Made by a program: the position numbers and the translations under genes. Positions 39,101-54,400 of a stretch of DNA of 64,000 nucleotides are shown one piece after another (position 1 is the first letter of the stretch; each line of letters opens with the position of its first letter). The stretch is from contig OX597826.1 of NCBI GenBank assembly GCA_951406725.2, forward strand, positions 65,968,001 through 66,032,000. Direction: 5' to 3'. Below the pieces are notes generated by a model that ran no database searches, had not been told where the DNA came from, and was given only the letters and a program-made list of their open reading frames with translations. This DNA is from Octopus vulgaris. Taxonomy: Eukaryota.

Positions 39101-41467
39101 ATAGCAAGAGAAAAAGCCTACACAAATACTATTGCATTTACATACAAAGAATTACCAGAGATGAAAAGTAAAATGAATGAACCTTGAATATTGCCTGTAC
39201 AATATAACAAGCAGCCTGTTTGAGAACGATTACCAGCACTAGCTTAGCCAAACAGTTGATCCTGGGTAGCATAAAATCATAGATATTTGCCATCACAAAT
39301 GCACACACAATAAAAAAACAGTCACACAGTCACGTGACTACAAAGACATTTACACACCACATGAACAAATCCATCATTGAAGTTCAAGGTTGGTGAATCT
39401 TAAAAAACCATCACATATAACAACACACCACACACCTCTGCTGTGGCTATCATTCTGTACTCAAGTCTACTGTAGCTTATTATCTTGAGCTTGTCACTTC
39501 TGTGATTGTCATCCAGCACCCATCACTTCTGTGGCTACCATCTTGCACATATTTCTGCTGTGACCATCATCCAGCATCAGCCAACAAAACTCAGTAAAAA
39601 GAAAAAAAAGCTCTCCAGATTACAGCTGATGGAACATGGATGGTCATAAAACTCACCACATCACAAGAGACAGTTTGCAGCAACAACACTATAAAATAAT
39701 CACAACAGACCATAGGAACTACGAGCTATGCCATCATTGCAGTGTAAAATATCATGCTGTACAGGGACTGATCCTTTTTTTAACCCTTTAGTGTTCAGAT
39801 TATTCTATCAAACGTAATGCCTATTGATTCCCATTGATTTGAATTAATCATGCATTATCTCATATCTTCAAGATCTTGATGGTGTAATTACTTAATGTAG
39901 AATAACATTGTAGGGTAGGTGTGAGAGCCTGGATCTGGTCAGTTTGAATATAAAACAGATTAGCTATTTTGGCCGGATATGGCTGGTTTAAATACTAAAG
40001 GGTTAAATATTTGATGCCAAAGAGCCAAGACCCACATGTTAGACAGCTGCTTTTATAGTTATCTTGACTCTTAATATATGGAACAAAGTCTGGAAGCTTC
40101 TACTGGAACCATCTCAGAGCACAGAAAACAAACTTTTAAAAGCTAAGGGTAAAAACACATTTTGCCACTTCCTTTTTCAACAATATATGTATTGCACACA
40201 TAAACATACACACACTGTGGAAACCACTTATAATATTCACAGATAATGTTATCGAATGATTATTCTTATAAAAATAAGTGGGCCCCAAATGTGCTCCAGA
40301 TACTGTTATACGATTATATCCCCTGATTAATGTTATCAGCCAACTATTGTTATTTAACTCTGGCATTCAAACTGACCGTATCTTGCCCAAATATTCTACT
40401 TGCTTTATGTTCAAACTGACCGGATCCAGCTCCTCACACCTACCCTACAATGTCATTCTAAAAGTAAGCAATCACATCATTGAAATCTTGATGTTATGAG
40501 ATAATGCAGGATTAATTCAAAACAATGTGGATAAATAAGAATTACATTTGACAGAGAAGTCTGGATTAAATGGCTGCACCCTAATTTGATCTCATTAAAT
40601 GGCTTCCATCGTGTGCATATGTAATGTGTGTATGTATGTGTGGGTATGATGAAATCCAAGCTTTCAGAAACCAAGTAGATAAATATACATTCAAACAGTC
40701 ACCACACACACACACACACAATATAACAAATACTTACATGGAACATATCCAACTTTGGTCATAATCAAAGCCACCACCCATTGCTATACAAGAGCTCTGC
40801 ACTGTCTTCCGCAACTGATGCACTGAAATTGAAATACAAAGCCATAGATTTCAATAACTGAATATAAAGATAATTAAACATGAAAAGGATAGAGGCACTG
40901 TGTAGTAGTTAATAATACTCAAATAAAGTACAACAAACTAAGAGGTTTAGTAAACTGTGGTTAGTCTAACATAGTCTAACATATTAAACAGGGAACAGGG
41001 ACACTGGAATTAGTTTAGAATTTTTATCTCTTTTCACAGGACACAAAATACTGATTGATGAGATTGATGCCTTATAGAAGTAGTCCTTAAGATTGATCCA
41101 TTTGAGTTTCACACCTGTGCCAGCATGGAAAATGGACATTAAACAAACTGCTCAAACTTTTGAAAATCCAAAGAATACGGAAGTCAAACAGATGGATTTC
41201 AAAGACTTCCTGTACACACACGCGCACATCTACACACACACACACATACTCTTTACTCTTTTGCTTGCTTCAGTCATTTGACTGTGGCCATGCTGGAGCA
41301 TCATCTTTAGTCAATCAAGCAAATCAACCCCAGGAATTATTCTTTGTAAGCCTAGTACTTATTCAATCGGTCTCTTACGCTAAGTTACGGGGATGTAAAC
41401 ACACAGCATCGGTTGTCAAGCGATGTTGGGGGGACAAACATATATACACACATACATATACACACAT

Positions 41468-41506
<39 letters not shown>

Positions 41507-44500
41507 TATGACGGGCTCTTTCAGTTTCCATCTACCAAATCCACTCACAAGGCTTTGGTTGGCCCGAGGCTACAGTAGAAAACACTTGCCCAAGGTGCCA
41601 CACAGTGGGACTGAACCTGGAACCATGTGTTTCATAAGCAAGCTACTTACCATACAGTCACTCCTACGCCTTCACAAATACTATTGCATTTACAGAATTA
41701 CCAGAGATGGAAAGTAGAATGAATGATAATTGCCCGTACAATATAACAAGCAGCCTGTTTGAAAAGGGCTACCAGCACTAGCATAGCTGAACGGTTGATC
41801 CTGGGTGGCACTTTTGGGTTTGCTGTAGGCAATATGTGTTTTTTGTGGGGTCCAGGGGCGGCAAATCGAAGGGCAACCCTAGGCAGCGCACATATATGTG
41901 TGTGTGTGTGCGCGTGTGTGTGTGTGTATGTTTGTGTGTCTGTGTTTGTCCCCCCAACATCGCTTGACAACCGATGCTGTGTGTTTATATCCCTGAAACT
42001 TAGTGGTTTGGCAAAAGAGACCGATAGAGTAAGTACTAACTAGGCTTACAAAAAATAAATCCTGAGGTCGATTTGCTCAACTAAAGGCGGTGCTCCAGTA
42101 TGGCCACAGTCAAATGACTGAAACAAGTAAAAGAGTAAAAGAGTATCATCATCATCATTTTAACATCTACTTTTTGGATAGAGTTTATCAAGGCAGATTC
42201 TCTGCAGCTGAATATTCTTGTTGCCAAGCCTCACCTGCTTCCAAGCAAAGTAACATTTCCTCATGGCCAGACATGTCTTCCCATAATATTGCAACTGAAT
42301 GACACTGCTTGTATAACAGTGACTCTCATTTACAATTATCATGTGATTTCAATACAAGGAGACCCAAATACCTATTTCTTTACTACCCACAAGGGGCCAA
42401 ACACAGAGAGGACAAACAAGGACAGACAGACGGATTAAGTCGATTACATCGACCCCAGTGCATAACTGGTACTTAATTTATCGACCCCGAAAGAATAAAA
42501 GGCAAAGTCGACCTCGGCGGAATTTGAACTCAGGACGTAACGGCAGACGAAATATGGCTATGCATTTCGCCTGGCGTGCTAACGTTTCTGCCAGCTCGCC
42601 CCTCACACACACACACACAACAGACTATTTTCAGTTTCCATCTACCAAATCCACTCACAAGTCTTTGGTTGAACCAGGGCTCTAGTAGAAGACACTTTCT
42701 CATTGTGACATGCAGTGGTTTTTGAGCTCAAAACCACATTAATAACACACCAACATCTAATGATAATTTTAATTATGCTTTGGGTTTACTTCACTGGCCA
42801 TGTTAGCATCTTTAACAGCAAGAACATAGATAATGTTAACAGATAAAAGTGATGATGATGATGAGAAAATGGATGAACTTACCGCCATCATGTGTGAAGA
42901 GGAGAGACTTAAGAGCAGGAATATCGTTGATGTGAACCATAGCTTTGAGAATTTCTTCGATAATTTTGTCAACATTTGTCACATTCATGTTTAACAGCAA
43001 AATGGCTCTGTTTGCAAATCTTTCAATGTCCTTTGCACCACGGATTTCCTTAGAAAAGTCTTTCATTGGAACTTTCTAGAAATTAAAGAAAAATTCTTAC
43101 TTCATCCAGCGAACGTCACATCACATGATTGTCCAACACCATCTTCTGTCGTAATCATCAGATAATCAACATCAACTACCAGCATTGTGCTAGTGGAGCA
43201 CTAAGAGTACCATACGAGCGTGATCGTTGCCAGAGCAACAAGCCGGCCTCCGTGCCGGTGGCACATAAAAAGCACCATTCAAGCATGATCATTACCTGCA
43301 TCACCTTGGTGGCACATGAAAAAACATTCAAGCACGGTCATTGCCAGTGCCGCTGGACTGGCTTCTGTGCAGGTGGCACGTAAAAAGCACCATTTGAGCG
43401 TGGCTGTTGCCAGTACCGCCTGACTGGCCCTCATGCCGGTGGCACATAAAAGCACCCACTACACTCTCGGAGTGGTTGACATTAGGAAGGGCATCCAGCT
43501 GTAGAAACTCTGCCGGATCAGACTGGAGTCTGGTGCAGCCATCTGGTTAGCCAGTACTCAGTCAAATCGTCCAACCCATGCCAGCATGGAAAGCGGACAT
43601 TAAACGATGATGATGATCATGTTCATTACCATTATTGTCCATATCACTAATACACAACATCATTATCATCATTCTTCTTGCTTTCATTTGTCCTTACCTA
43701 TCATCCTCACCATCACTCATCCTTATTTATCATCCTCACCATCACTCGTCCTTATCTATCATCCTCACCATCACTCATCCTTACCTATCATCCTCACCAT
43801 CACTCGTCCTTATCTATCATCCTCACCATCACTCGTCCTTATCTATCATCCTCACCATCACTCATCCTTATCTATCATCCTCACCATCACTCATCCTTAC
43901 CTATCATCCTCACCATCACTCATCCTTACCTATCATCCTCACCATCACTCATCCTTACCTATCACCCTCACCATCACTCATCCTTACCTATCACCCTCAC
44001 CATCACTCATCCTTACCTATCATCCTCACCATCACTCATCCTTATCTATCATCCTCACCATCACTCGTCCTTACCTATCATCCTCACCATCACTCATCCT
44101 TATCTATTATCCTCACCATCACTCGTCCTTATCTATCATCCTCACCATCACTCGTCCTTATCTATCATCCTCACCATCACTCATCCTTATCTATCATCCT
44201 CACCATCACTCGTCCTTATCTATCATCCTCACCATCACTCGTCCTTATCTATCATCCTCACCATCACTCGTCTGTGGCCATGCTGGAGCACTGCCTTTAG
44301 TCGAGCAAATCGACCCCAGGACTTATTCTTTGTAACCCTAGCACTTATTCTATCAGTCTCTTTTGCCAAACCACTAAGTTACGGGGATCTAAACACACCA
44401 GCATTGGTTGTCAAGCGATGTCAGGGGGGCCAAACAGACAAACACACACACACACACACACACATATACATATATATATATATAATTAATCAATATAGGG

Positions 44501-46850
44501 TGGCAAAAAAATTTTGTAGAATTCTTTTGCCACCAGCGGCCTAGTGGGAAAAAATTTAAATAGTCATAAACCATTTTTAAGTTCAACATCACAATCAAGG
44601 AACGGCCATAATAGGCCATTCACCCACTAGAAATAACAGCCAAAAGCTTCAACCGCAAAATAACATCAATTCCGTAAACCAGGAGAAAATTAAAAAACAT
44701 TTACCCTGTAATTTCTTATACGATGCACCGTTTCGTCTACTGTTTAATGGTAAACTAACCTGATTAAATTAAATCAAGCCAATCTACCATAGGCCCTTAG
44801 ATTCATCAGTAAGAAATAGCCAGGTCGGAACAGATATTTTTCACGAGGCATTCTCGTCCCTGCCTCGGCAATATCTGACCTAAAATTTTCAAATCGTCGC
44901 ACTCGCGCCAAATCTATCGGCAGCAAATAAATATAAGCCGCCGATTCCATTACGGAATTAACCAGAAAATTCATAATTAATCAATATAGGGTGGCAAAAA
45001 AATTTTGTAGAATTCTTTTGCCACCAGCGGCCTAGTGGGAAAAAATTTAAATAGTCATAAACCATTTTTAAGTTCAACATCACAATCAAGGAACGGCCAT
45101 AATAGGCCATTCACCCACTAGAAATAACAGCCAAAAGCTTCAACCGCAAAATAACATCAATTCCGTAAACCAATATATATATATACGACAGGCTTCTTTC
45201 AGTTTCTGTCTACCAAATCCACTCGCAAGGTTTTGGTTGGCCTGAGACTATAGTAGAAGACACATGCCCAAGGTGCCATGCAGTGGGACTGAACCCGGAA
45301 CCATGTGGTTCGTAAGCAAGCTACTTACCACACAGCCACTCCTACACCTAGTTTTACCACTACTGTCATCACTGTTACCCATAATCATTATCAGCACTGT
45401 CATCATCACTACCCTCCAGCCTTCACCAGGTGTCTCGGGGAAATTTCGAACCTGGGTTCTCATTCCTACAGTATTTTTTTGATATTATTATTCAAGTCAC
45501 TGCCAGGAATTGAACTCAGAATCTTGGGGTTAGTAACCTGCGCTCTTAACCACTACACCATAATTTTTACCACTGCCATCATCACTGTTACCCATAGCCT
45601 TTATCAGCACTGTTGTCCATTTTCCCTGTCATCATTATCATCATTACTCCTCATCATTTTCACCACAGCTGTCCATCCTTTTTACCCATGGTCATATCAC
45701 CATAGTTGCCCATCATCATTAATTATAGTCATCATCACTACTGCTGTCCATCATTTTGCCATTCACTATCACCCTTAACCAACTGCTGTCCATCAACCTC
45801 ATTGCTATCATCACCATCATCGGGTGCAGGAGTGGCTGGGTGGTAAGTAGCTTGCTTATGAAACACATGGTTCCGGGTTCAGTTCCACTGTGTGGCACCT
45901 TGGGCAAGTGTCTTCTACTATAGCCTTGGGCTGACCAAAGCCTTGTGAGTGGATTTGGTAGATGGAAACTGAAAGAAGCCCATCGTATATATGTATATAT
46001 GTGTGTGTGTGTGTGTGTATATTGTGTAATCTGTGTTTGTCCCCACAACATCGCTTGACAACCGATGCTGGTGTGTTTAGGTCCCTGTAACTTAGAGGTT
46101 CGGCAAAAGAAACTGATAGAATAAGTACTAGGCTTACAAAGAATAAGTTTTTGGGTTGATTTGATTCGACTAAAGGTGGTGCTCCAGCATGGCCACAGTC
46201 AAATAACTGAAACAAGTAAAAGAATAAAACAATCCTCATTGTCACCAGTGCTATCCATCCTCCTCATCCTGATTGTCCTTTACTACGACCATCATCATCA
46301 TCATCATCATCACTGGTAAAAATCTTAATGAGTTGAATAGGCCGTTTAGGTTTCAATTCTTGAATCGAACCTGTTCACATACAATGGTGTTTGTCTTTTG
46401 GAAGGCCACAACTTCTTACTCTATGTGCTCAGTCACAACACTCATCAATCATGAATCCTATATTGGAACTTGTGTTTTCTGTCTAGGATGGGAAAACAAA
46501 CTTCCCAGCAAGTATAATGCTCCTGTGTTGTGGACCTTGGTCAAAGTACTTCACACAACTTGCCCCTTGTTGCATGCACGGCAATGGGCTGCATTGAACT
46601 CATATTAGTTAACAGAAACTGTGGTAAGTTAAGGTAATGAGAAAAGGTTGAGTGGAAATAGGGGACAGGGCATATGAAGGATGGTTATTAGTGTCTCCTT
46701 CCACTATATAAAGTAGGGAAAGAGAGAAAGAAGGGAGCAAGAGAAAATGAGAGGAGAGAAAGAGAGAGAGAATGAGAATGAAAAAGGAAGAAGAACAGAA
46801 AAGCTATTTACCTCATGCCTGGAATAAATAAGGGACCTCTCAGCAATATC

Positions 46851-46886
<36 letters not shown>

Positions 46887-48379
46887 CTTTTCTACTAAAG
46901 GCATATAGCCCGAAATTTTGGGAGAGGGGTCTAATTGGGGGTCAATAAATTTATTGACCCCCAACTAGACCCCTCCCCCAAAATAAAGTAAATTTATTGA
47001 CCCCACCCGCTGAAACGATGAAAGGCAAAGTCGACCTTGGCAGAATTTGAACTCAGAACATTAATCCAGATGAAATGCTGCTTAGCATTTTGCCCAGCAT
47101 GTGAAAGATTCTGTCACCTCACCACTTTAACAATAATAATTTTTAAGTTAGCATCCGAAGATTGCAGATTTTGATGGGAAGATACAATTGATAAAGTCTG
47201 ATGCCCAGTAAATGACTGGTACTTATTTTATTGACTCAGAACGTAAAGACAATTCCATAGACTCAGAACGTAAAGGCAATGCTGTTAAGCATTTTTCTCA
47301 AAATGCTAACAATTCTGCCAGGTTGCTGCCTTGATAAAATAACAACAATAAGAACAATAATAATTTCTAACACAAGCAAAAGACGAGAAATTCCATAGGC
47401 AGGAATGGATAAACACAAAGTAGACCAGGGTAGGATTTGAACTCAAGATAAAGTTTAAAGGTATTCAAAATCCAAACTGATTAATTCTTTTCTTACCGTA
47501 TTTATGCTTTTTGTTTCTATTAAAATTTTGAAATAATGAAGAATTTGGTAAAATAACTGTCATTATAAAACTGGTGTTTGGAACTTTAATTAATATGAAA
47601 TTTTCATGGAAAGTTTTAATTTAGGTCACTTTAAGATGGTCTCGGGTGGGTTGGTACCAAAAAGGTTAAAGAATCTCAAAGGTCTCTTACTAAATGGGTT
47701 GCAGAAGCAACACAAAATCTATCTCGTATACAGATAATAATAATAATAATAGATAATAACAATAATAATAATTAATTAATAATAATAATAATAAAACATT
47801 GTGTTCACATCAATCGCCTACATTCTCAAGAGGTTTCTCACCATCTGATATATACATGCCTTAGGTCTCTGGTTGACACTCGGTCAGAAGATGAAATAAA
47901 ATGCAAATCAATCGGAAAATGATAATAATAATAATAATCCTTTCTACTAAAGGCACAAGGCCTAAAGTTTTGGGGAACGGGACTAGTTGATTACATTGAT
48001 TGCAGTGTTTCACAAGTACTTAATTTATGGGCCCCGAAAGGATGACAGGCAAAGTCGATCTCGGTGGAATTTGAACTCAGAATGTTAAGCTAGATGAAAT
48101 GCTGCTGCTAAGCATTTTGCCTGGTCTGCTAACAATTCTGCCAACTTGCTGCCTTAATAATAATAATAATAATAATAATAATGGTTTCAAATTTTGCCAC
48201 AAGGGCAGCAATTTTGGGGAGGGGATGAGTCAATTACATCGACTCCAGTGTTCAACTGGTACTTATTTTATTGACCCCAAAAAGGATGAAAGGAAAAGTC
48301 AACCTTGGCGGAATCTGAACTCAGAACATACCACTAGGCATTTTGTCCAGCATGCTAACGATGCTGCCAGTTCGCCACC

Positions 48380-48418
<39 letters not shown>

Positions 48419-51400
48419 GTTTTGGAGATGAACTTGCCAGGCAAGCAATTTTGAGCACAGACCACATGTTAAAAATAGACTGCAGTATGGAAGACATGTT
48501 AGTCATTCGAAAACACACAAGACTGAAACTGCTAACTTCATTTAAACATTTATTATTTATTATATGGTGTCAAAAGTTAAAATTTTTATTGCTTGAATTG
48601 CGACCCTGATCCCTGACAAGGATACAATGCATCTCTTAAGGATAATGGTTTCAAATTTCACCACAAGACAGCAATTTTAGAGAGAGGAGAGTTAGTCAAT
48701 ATCATCAATGCCAGTACTTGACTGGTACTCTAGTTGACCCTGGAGGGATGAAAGGCAAAGTTGGCATCATCAGGATTTGAACTCAGAACAAAAAAAAAGA
48801 ATCAGATCAAAAGCCACAAAGCATTTTTTCTGTTCCACATAAAAAGCACTGTTGCTGGTGCCACATAAAAAGCACCCAGTACACACTGTAAAGTGGTTGC
48901 TGTTAGGAAGGGCATACAGCTGTAGAAACCATGCCAGAACAGACAATGGAGCCTGGTGCAGCCCCCAGCTTTACGAGCTCCTGTCAAACATCTAACCCAT
49001 GACAGCATGGAAAAATGAACATAAATGATGATGATGACTAATGGCTCTGCCAATCCTCTGCCCTCTATTGTTTCTGATTTAGAGACAAGGCCTGCAATTT
49101 CAAAGGGTAAGGGTTACTTGACAACATCAACCAGAGAGAACTAGGTGAGCTGGCAGAAATGTCAGCACGCCAGGCAAAATGCTTAGCAGTATTTCGTCTA
49201 TCTTTATGTTCTGAGTTCAAATTCCGCCGAGGTTAACTTTGCTTTTCATCCTTTTGGGGTCGATAAATTAAGCACCAGTTATGCACTGGGGTCGATGTAA
49301 TCAACTTAATCCCTTTGTCTGTCCTTGTTTGTCCCCTCTATGTTTAGCCCCTTGTGGGCAATAAAGAAATAAGAACTAGGCTGGCACTTCATTGACATGA
49401 AAAGGATAAAAGACAAAAGCTGGCTTCAGCAGGATTTGGACGAAGAATATAAAGAACCAGAACAAACATTGCAAGACATTTTGCCTGGCGCCTTAATTGA
49501 ATCTGCCTATTTACCACAATTCATGTAATAATGATAATAATATGCTTCATTAGCAAAACACGAGCAGAATAAAACATACATACCCTTTTCATCGCTCCCA
49601 ATTGAAGTATCTTTTGTGTCAACTATCTCTGGCTTCAACTCACAGGTGGTAGTTTGTTCAGAGGAGCCCAAACCATTCGAAAAGGTTTCATCTGGCAAAA
49701 ATGCAGGATTGTCTTCCTCCAAGAAACTGAAGTTCTTTAAATATACAGTTGTCTCTTCGGTACTCGTCCCGTCTGAGACGCTACAAAGAAACAAACAAAT
49801 AAAACAAACAACACATATCAGAATGCAGACATTCAGACATTTTGGTCAGCACCACCAAAACCAGCATCATTAAAACCATCATCATCAAAATCATCATTTA
49901 GTTTGTCTTCTATTTTGGGATCGATTGTACAGGTCGGAAATACAAACACTGCCTTCTACTATAGGCACAAGGCCTGAAATTCTGGGGGGAGGGATGGAGT
50001 GGGGCTAATCAATTAAATCAACCTCAGTGCTTGATGGGTACTTATCTTATTGACCTTAGAAGGATGAAAGCCAAAGCTGACCTCAGTGGAATTTGAACTC
50101 AGAATGTAAAGACGGACAAAATGCCGCTAAGCATTCTGCCTGGTGTGCTAACAATTCTGCCAGCTCACCATCTTTTGACATACAAACATAGTACCAATTG
50201 TTTTCATGTTCTACCATCTTTGTGGTGCCAAACATCCTGAGATGTAACCCTACTTATTCTTACAGCTATTTCGTCTGTCTTTATGTTCTGAGTTCAAATT
50301 CTGCCTAGGTCGATTTTGCTTTCATCCTTTCAGGGTCGATAAATTAAGTACCATTTGTGTACTGGTGTTGATCTAATTGACTAGGCCCCTCAACGCCAAA
50401 ATTTTCAGGCCTTGTACCTAGAGTAGAAAAGATTATAGAAGTAGAGGCAGCTTTATGTGGATTGGTATGGAAAAGTTTAAGATAGTAATATTTGTCATGG
50501 TCAGTTATCTATGGACATTTGAACAATGTTTCACATTAAAATGCTTAAAGGAAAATATTTTTTTGCTGCACCTCCCCCTTTTTTTTTTTTTTTTCTTGGT
50601 TCAGTCCAGTAGACTTGCCATGCAGGGGCACTGTCTTGAAGAATTTTTAGTCAAACAAATTGGCCTCTGCACTTTTTTTAAAACCTGGTACTTATTTAAT
50701 CAGTTTCTTTTGTAAAACTGCTAAATTACAAGGATGTAACCACACCAACAACGGTGCCAAGCAGTGGTGGTGGTGGTGGTGGTGGACAAACATAGACACA
50801 AAGAAACACACATACAAGTGTGTATGTGTTTGTGTATTTATACATACACACAGAGGCTTCATTCAGTTTCCATCAACCAAATCCACTCACAATGCTTTGG
50901 TCAGCCCAAGGTTATAGTAGAAGACACTTGCCTAAAGTGCCATGCAGTAGGACTGAACCTAGAACCATGTGGTTAAGGAAGCAAGCTCCTTACCACACAG
51001 CCATGGCGAAAAAAGGGGACAGGAAGCAGCAATAACTGAAAAAAAAATTTTGAAGAAATATCTTCTCTTAAATGTTTTAATGTGTAACAATGTTCAAACA
51101 TACCTGTCTATGCCCCAGCACTCAATCTGTCCCTGTTGAGTCTCTCCTCTATAAACTCATTTTCATAACACTCAACCCTCCATCATTCTTCTGACTACAA
51201 CACTATTTGCTCAGATGCTGTAATCATAAATGCTCAACTGCACATATTTCATCCATCTCCCTATATTGTGCTACCAATTACCTCTTTCCAGTTATGCCCT
51301 AGGTCAGCCCCGATACAGAAAGCCTACAATTAAGCATTCCAGCAATGACCATCCCAATTTATATTTATAAATAGTTGTCCCACCTTTCAGTGTATATTCC

Positions 51401-54400
51401 TGCAAGATATTTGCATCCCAGAGTCACTTAGGATCAGTAAATATGGTAAGATTAGGCTTTGCTGATGACATTTAATAAGACTGAAACATACCTATTTCTT
51501 TACTACCCACAAGGGGCTAAATACAGAGAGGACAAACAAGGACAGACAAACGGATTAAGTCGATTACATCGACCCCAATGCGTAACTGGTACTTAGTTAA
51601 TCAACCCCGAAAGGATGAAAAGCAAAGTCAACCTCGGTGGAATTTGAACTCAGAACGTAGCGGCAGACGAAATACCGCTAGGCCTTTCGTCCAGCGTGCT
51701 AGCAATTCTGCCAGCTCGCCGCCTTCTGAAACATACCTTCAGTTATTTTACTTATCATATGTGTGTTCCACCTGTGTGTGGTAGTGTTTTAAACATTGTA
51801 TACATTTATTATTATTTAAACTTAATATTTATTAACATCATTAGTTTGTTTAATCAGATGTTGTATTTTGCTTGGAAACACTCCTGTACACATACACATA
51901 CGCACACAAAGTTTGGGTAAAGAAGAATCTCTTCTACAAGAGATTCAAGTAAAAGGATCCTGCAGAAGAAAATCAGTGAAGACAACGTGAACAGAAGCAG
52001 TGAAAACTAATCTCAAGATGCTGAGCTGTGCAAAAGAAATGATAAGTTTAATGTGGCACATAGAGAGAGACTGTGCTGGAGAAAACCCATCCAGCCAGCC
52101 AGCACAAACATGGGAAAACAAACACAAAATAATGACAAAGATACACACACAAAACTCATTAAAAAGTTTTGTACAATGAAAGCACTGTTCATTTCTGTAA
52201 TCAGTAACATTCACCTTCTTTTTTTTTATATATAGTTATGTTTGACATTGAAACTGAAGTTTATATGTAAAAGTATTTTAATGAAGTCAGTCAAGCTGCT
52301 GGTCAAATCTAAATTTACCAACCAGCCATCATAATCATTATTAACATCTGTTTTCCATAATGACATGATGTGGACAAGGAAAAAAAAAATTTGTGCATAT
52401 TGAGTGATCATTCAATAACACATGAGGAAACCACGACTAAACAGGGGCTAAACACAGAGGGGACAAACAAGGGCAGACAAATGGATTAAGTCGATTATAT
52501 CGACCCCAGTGCGTAACTGGTACTTATTTAATCGACCCCGAAAGGATGAAAGGCAAAGTCGACCTCGACGGAATTTGAACTCAGAACTTAGCGGCAGACG
52601 AAATACCGCTAAGCATTTCGCCCAGCGTGCTAACGTTTCTGCCAGCTCACCGTCATGCTGAACCAAATACCACAGAGAACTTTATCCTACGCAGTAACAA
52701 CTCCACCAATTCGCCATTTCTCATTCTATTTGTAATAGTGTAATCCCTTTCATCTCTGATTCTGCATTTTATTATTTCAGCTAAATTTATATTCTTTATG
52801 TGGAGATGTGTGTGGCTTAGGGTGTCAGCATCATGATCGTAAGATTGTGGTTTCAATTCCTGGACCGGGAGACGCATTGTGTTCTTGAGCAAAACACTTT
52901 ATTTTACGTTGCTCCAGTCCACTCAGCTGGCAAAAATGAGCAACGCTGCGATGGACTGGCGTCCCATCCAGCTGAGGAACACATACGCCATTGAAACCGG
53001 GAAAACCGGGCCCATGAGCCTGGCTAGGCTTTAAAAGGGCGCATTTATTTTTTTAATTTTTTATATTCTTCATATATTAATGTTCTGGAGCGTTTTGGAT
53101 GCTGTTGTAGTAATATTCTGGAGTGTTTTAATTGTGTCTGATGGGGGTAACCGTTCAAGTGGTAAAAGGGACAATGAAAATTAGAGTTTGCTGTGGTATC
53201 AAACAGCACATTTGCATGTTTAGATGGTCCTTCATTATAAGTGATTTGGGTCTGCTGTGTAGCTGGTCTGTGGGCATGATCTGTCATAACCTGTACTGAT
53301 GTGATGTATGTTACTTGTGCAGAGGTCAGGCGCCAAAACATGAATGGCAGGTTCAATAATGTATCTTATCTATATTGTTTGTATGAGACTGTTGATGCTT
53401 TGTTGTGGTTGACAAGTGTGGTATTCCAAAATATTCTAAATAAGTACATATATTTATATTTTTTTCTCTATTGTGTATTTTGAATGTGTCTTGAAGTATA
53501 TGAAGGTGATGTATGTAACTTGTAGTATTTTTTTGTTCTATATTTAAAGGTATATTTGTCTTTCAGCATAATGGCAGGTTGTAGTTGTGGTGGGAAGTGG
53601 TTGGCCTGTGGTGTCATTAAGTCTATGGTTGTGCAACCACATTTATAAGTGTGTGGTTGGAGAAATTGGGCAGGTGTGGCTGTGTGGTAAGAAGTTTGCT
53701 TTCCAACCATATGGTTCCAGGTTCAGTCTCACTACAAGGCACCTTGGGCGAGTGTCCTCTACTACAGCCGCAAGGCAACCAAGACCTTGTGAGTGGAATG
53801 CACGTGTTTGTGCATCTGTGCATGCATGTCTGTGTCTGTGCATGTCTGTCTGTCTGTGTGCGTGTGTCTGCTTGTGTGCGCATGTCTGTCTGTCTGCATG
53901 CGTGTCTGCATGCATGCCTGTGCATGCATGCGTGTCTGCATGTGCTTGCCTGTATGCAGGTGCGTGTGAGTGCATGCATACATGTGTGTGTGCACATACA
54001 TGCTTTTGCGCATGCATGCATGTCTGTGTGCGCTTGTGCATCTGTGCACGCATGTCACTGTGCACGTATGTGTGTCTCTCTGTGTCCATGTGTTTCTGTG
54101 TGTATGTGTGTCTGACTGTCTGTCCACACCATCACTTGACAGCTGTTGCTGGTGTGTTTACACCCCCGTAACTTAGCAGTTCAGCAAAAGAAACTGATAG
54201 AATAAGTAACAGGCTTAAAAAAATTTTTTTTTTTAAATACTGGGGTTGATTCATTTGACTAAAACTACATCAAGGTGGTGCCCCAAGATGGCCACAATCT
54301 ACTTACCGAAAACAAGTACAAGAGAGAAGAAAAAATTGTGCCTAGAGAATCAAGGGAAGAAATAACTGTAATGAACATCATTTGCATATCAAGCCTGTGA

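Noticed and set aside
43607-44544. His/Ser/Pro-rich 220-290 aa ORFs in three frames
   Set aside because: 29-bp minisatellite lacking stop codons on the plus strand; antisense within an intron.
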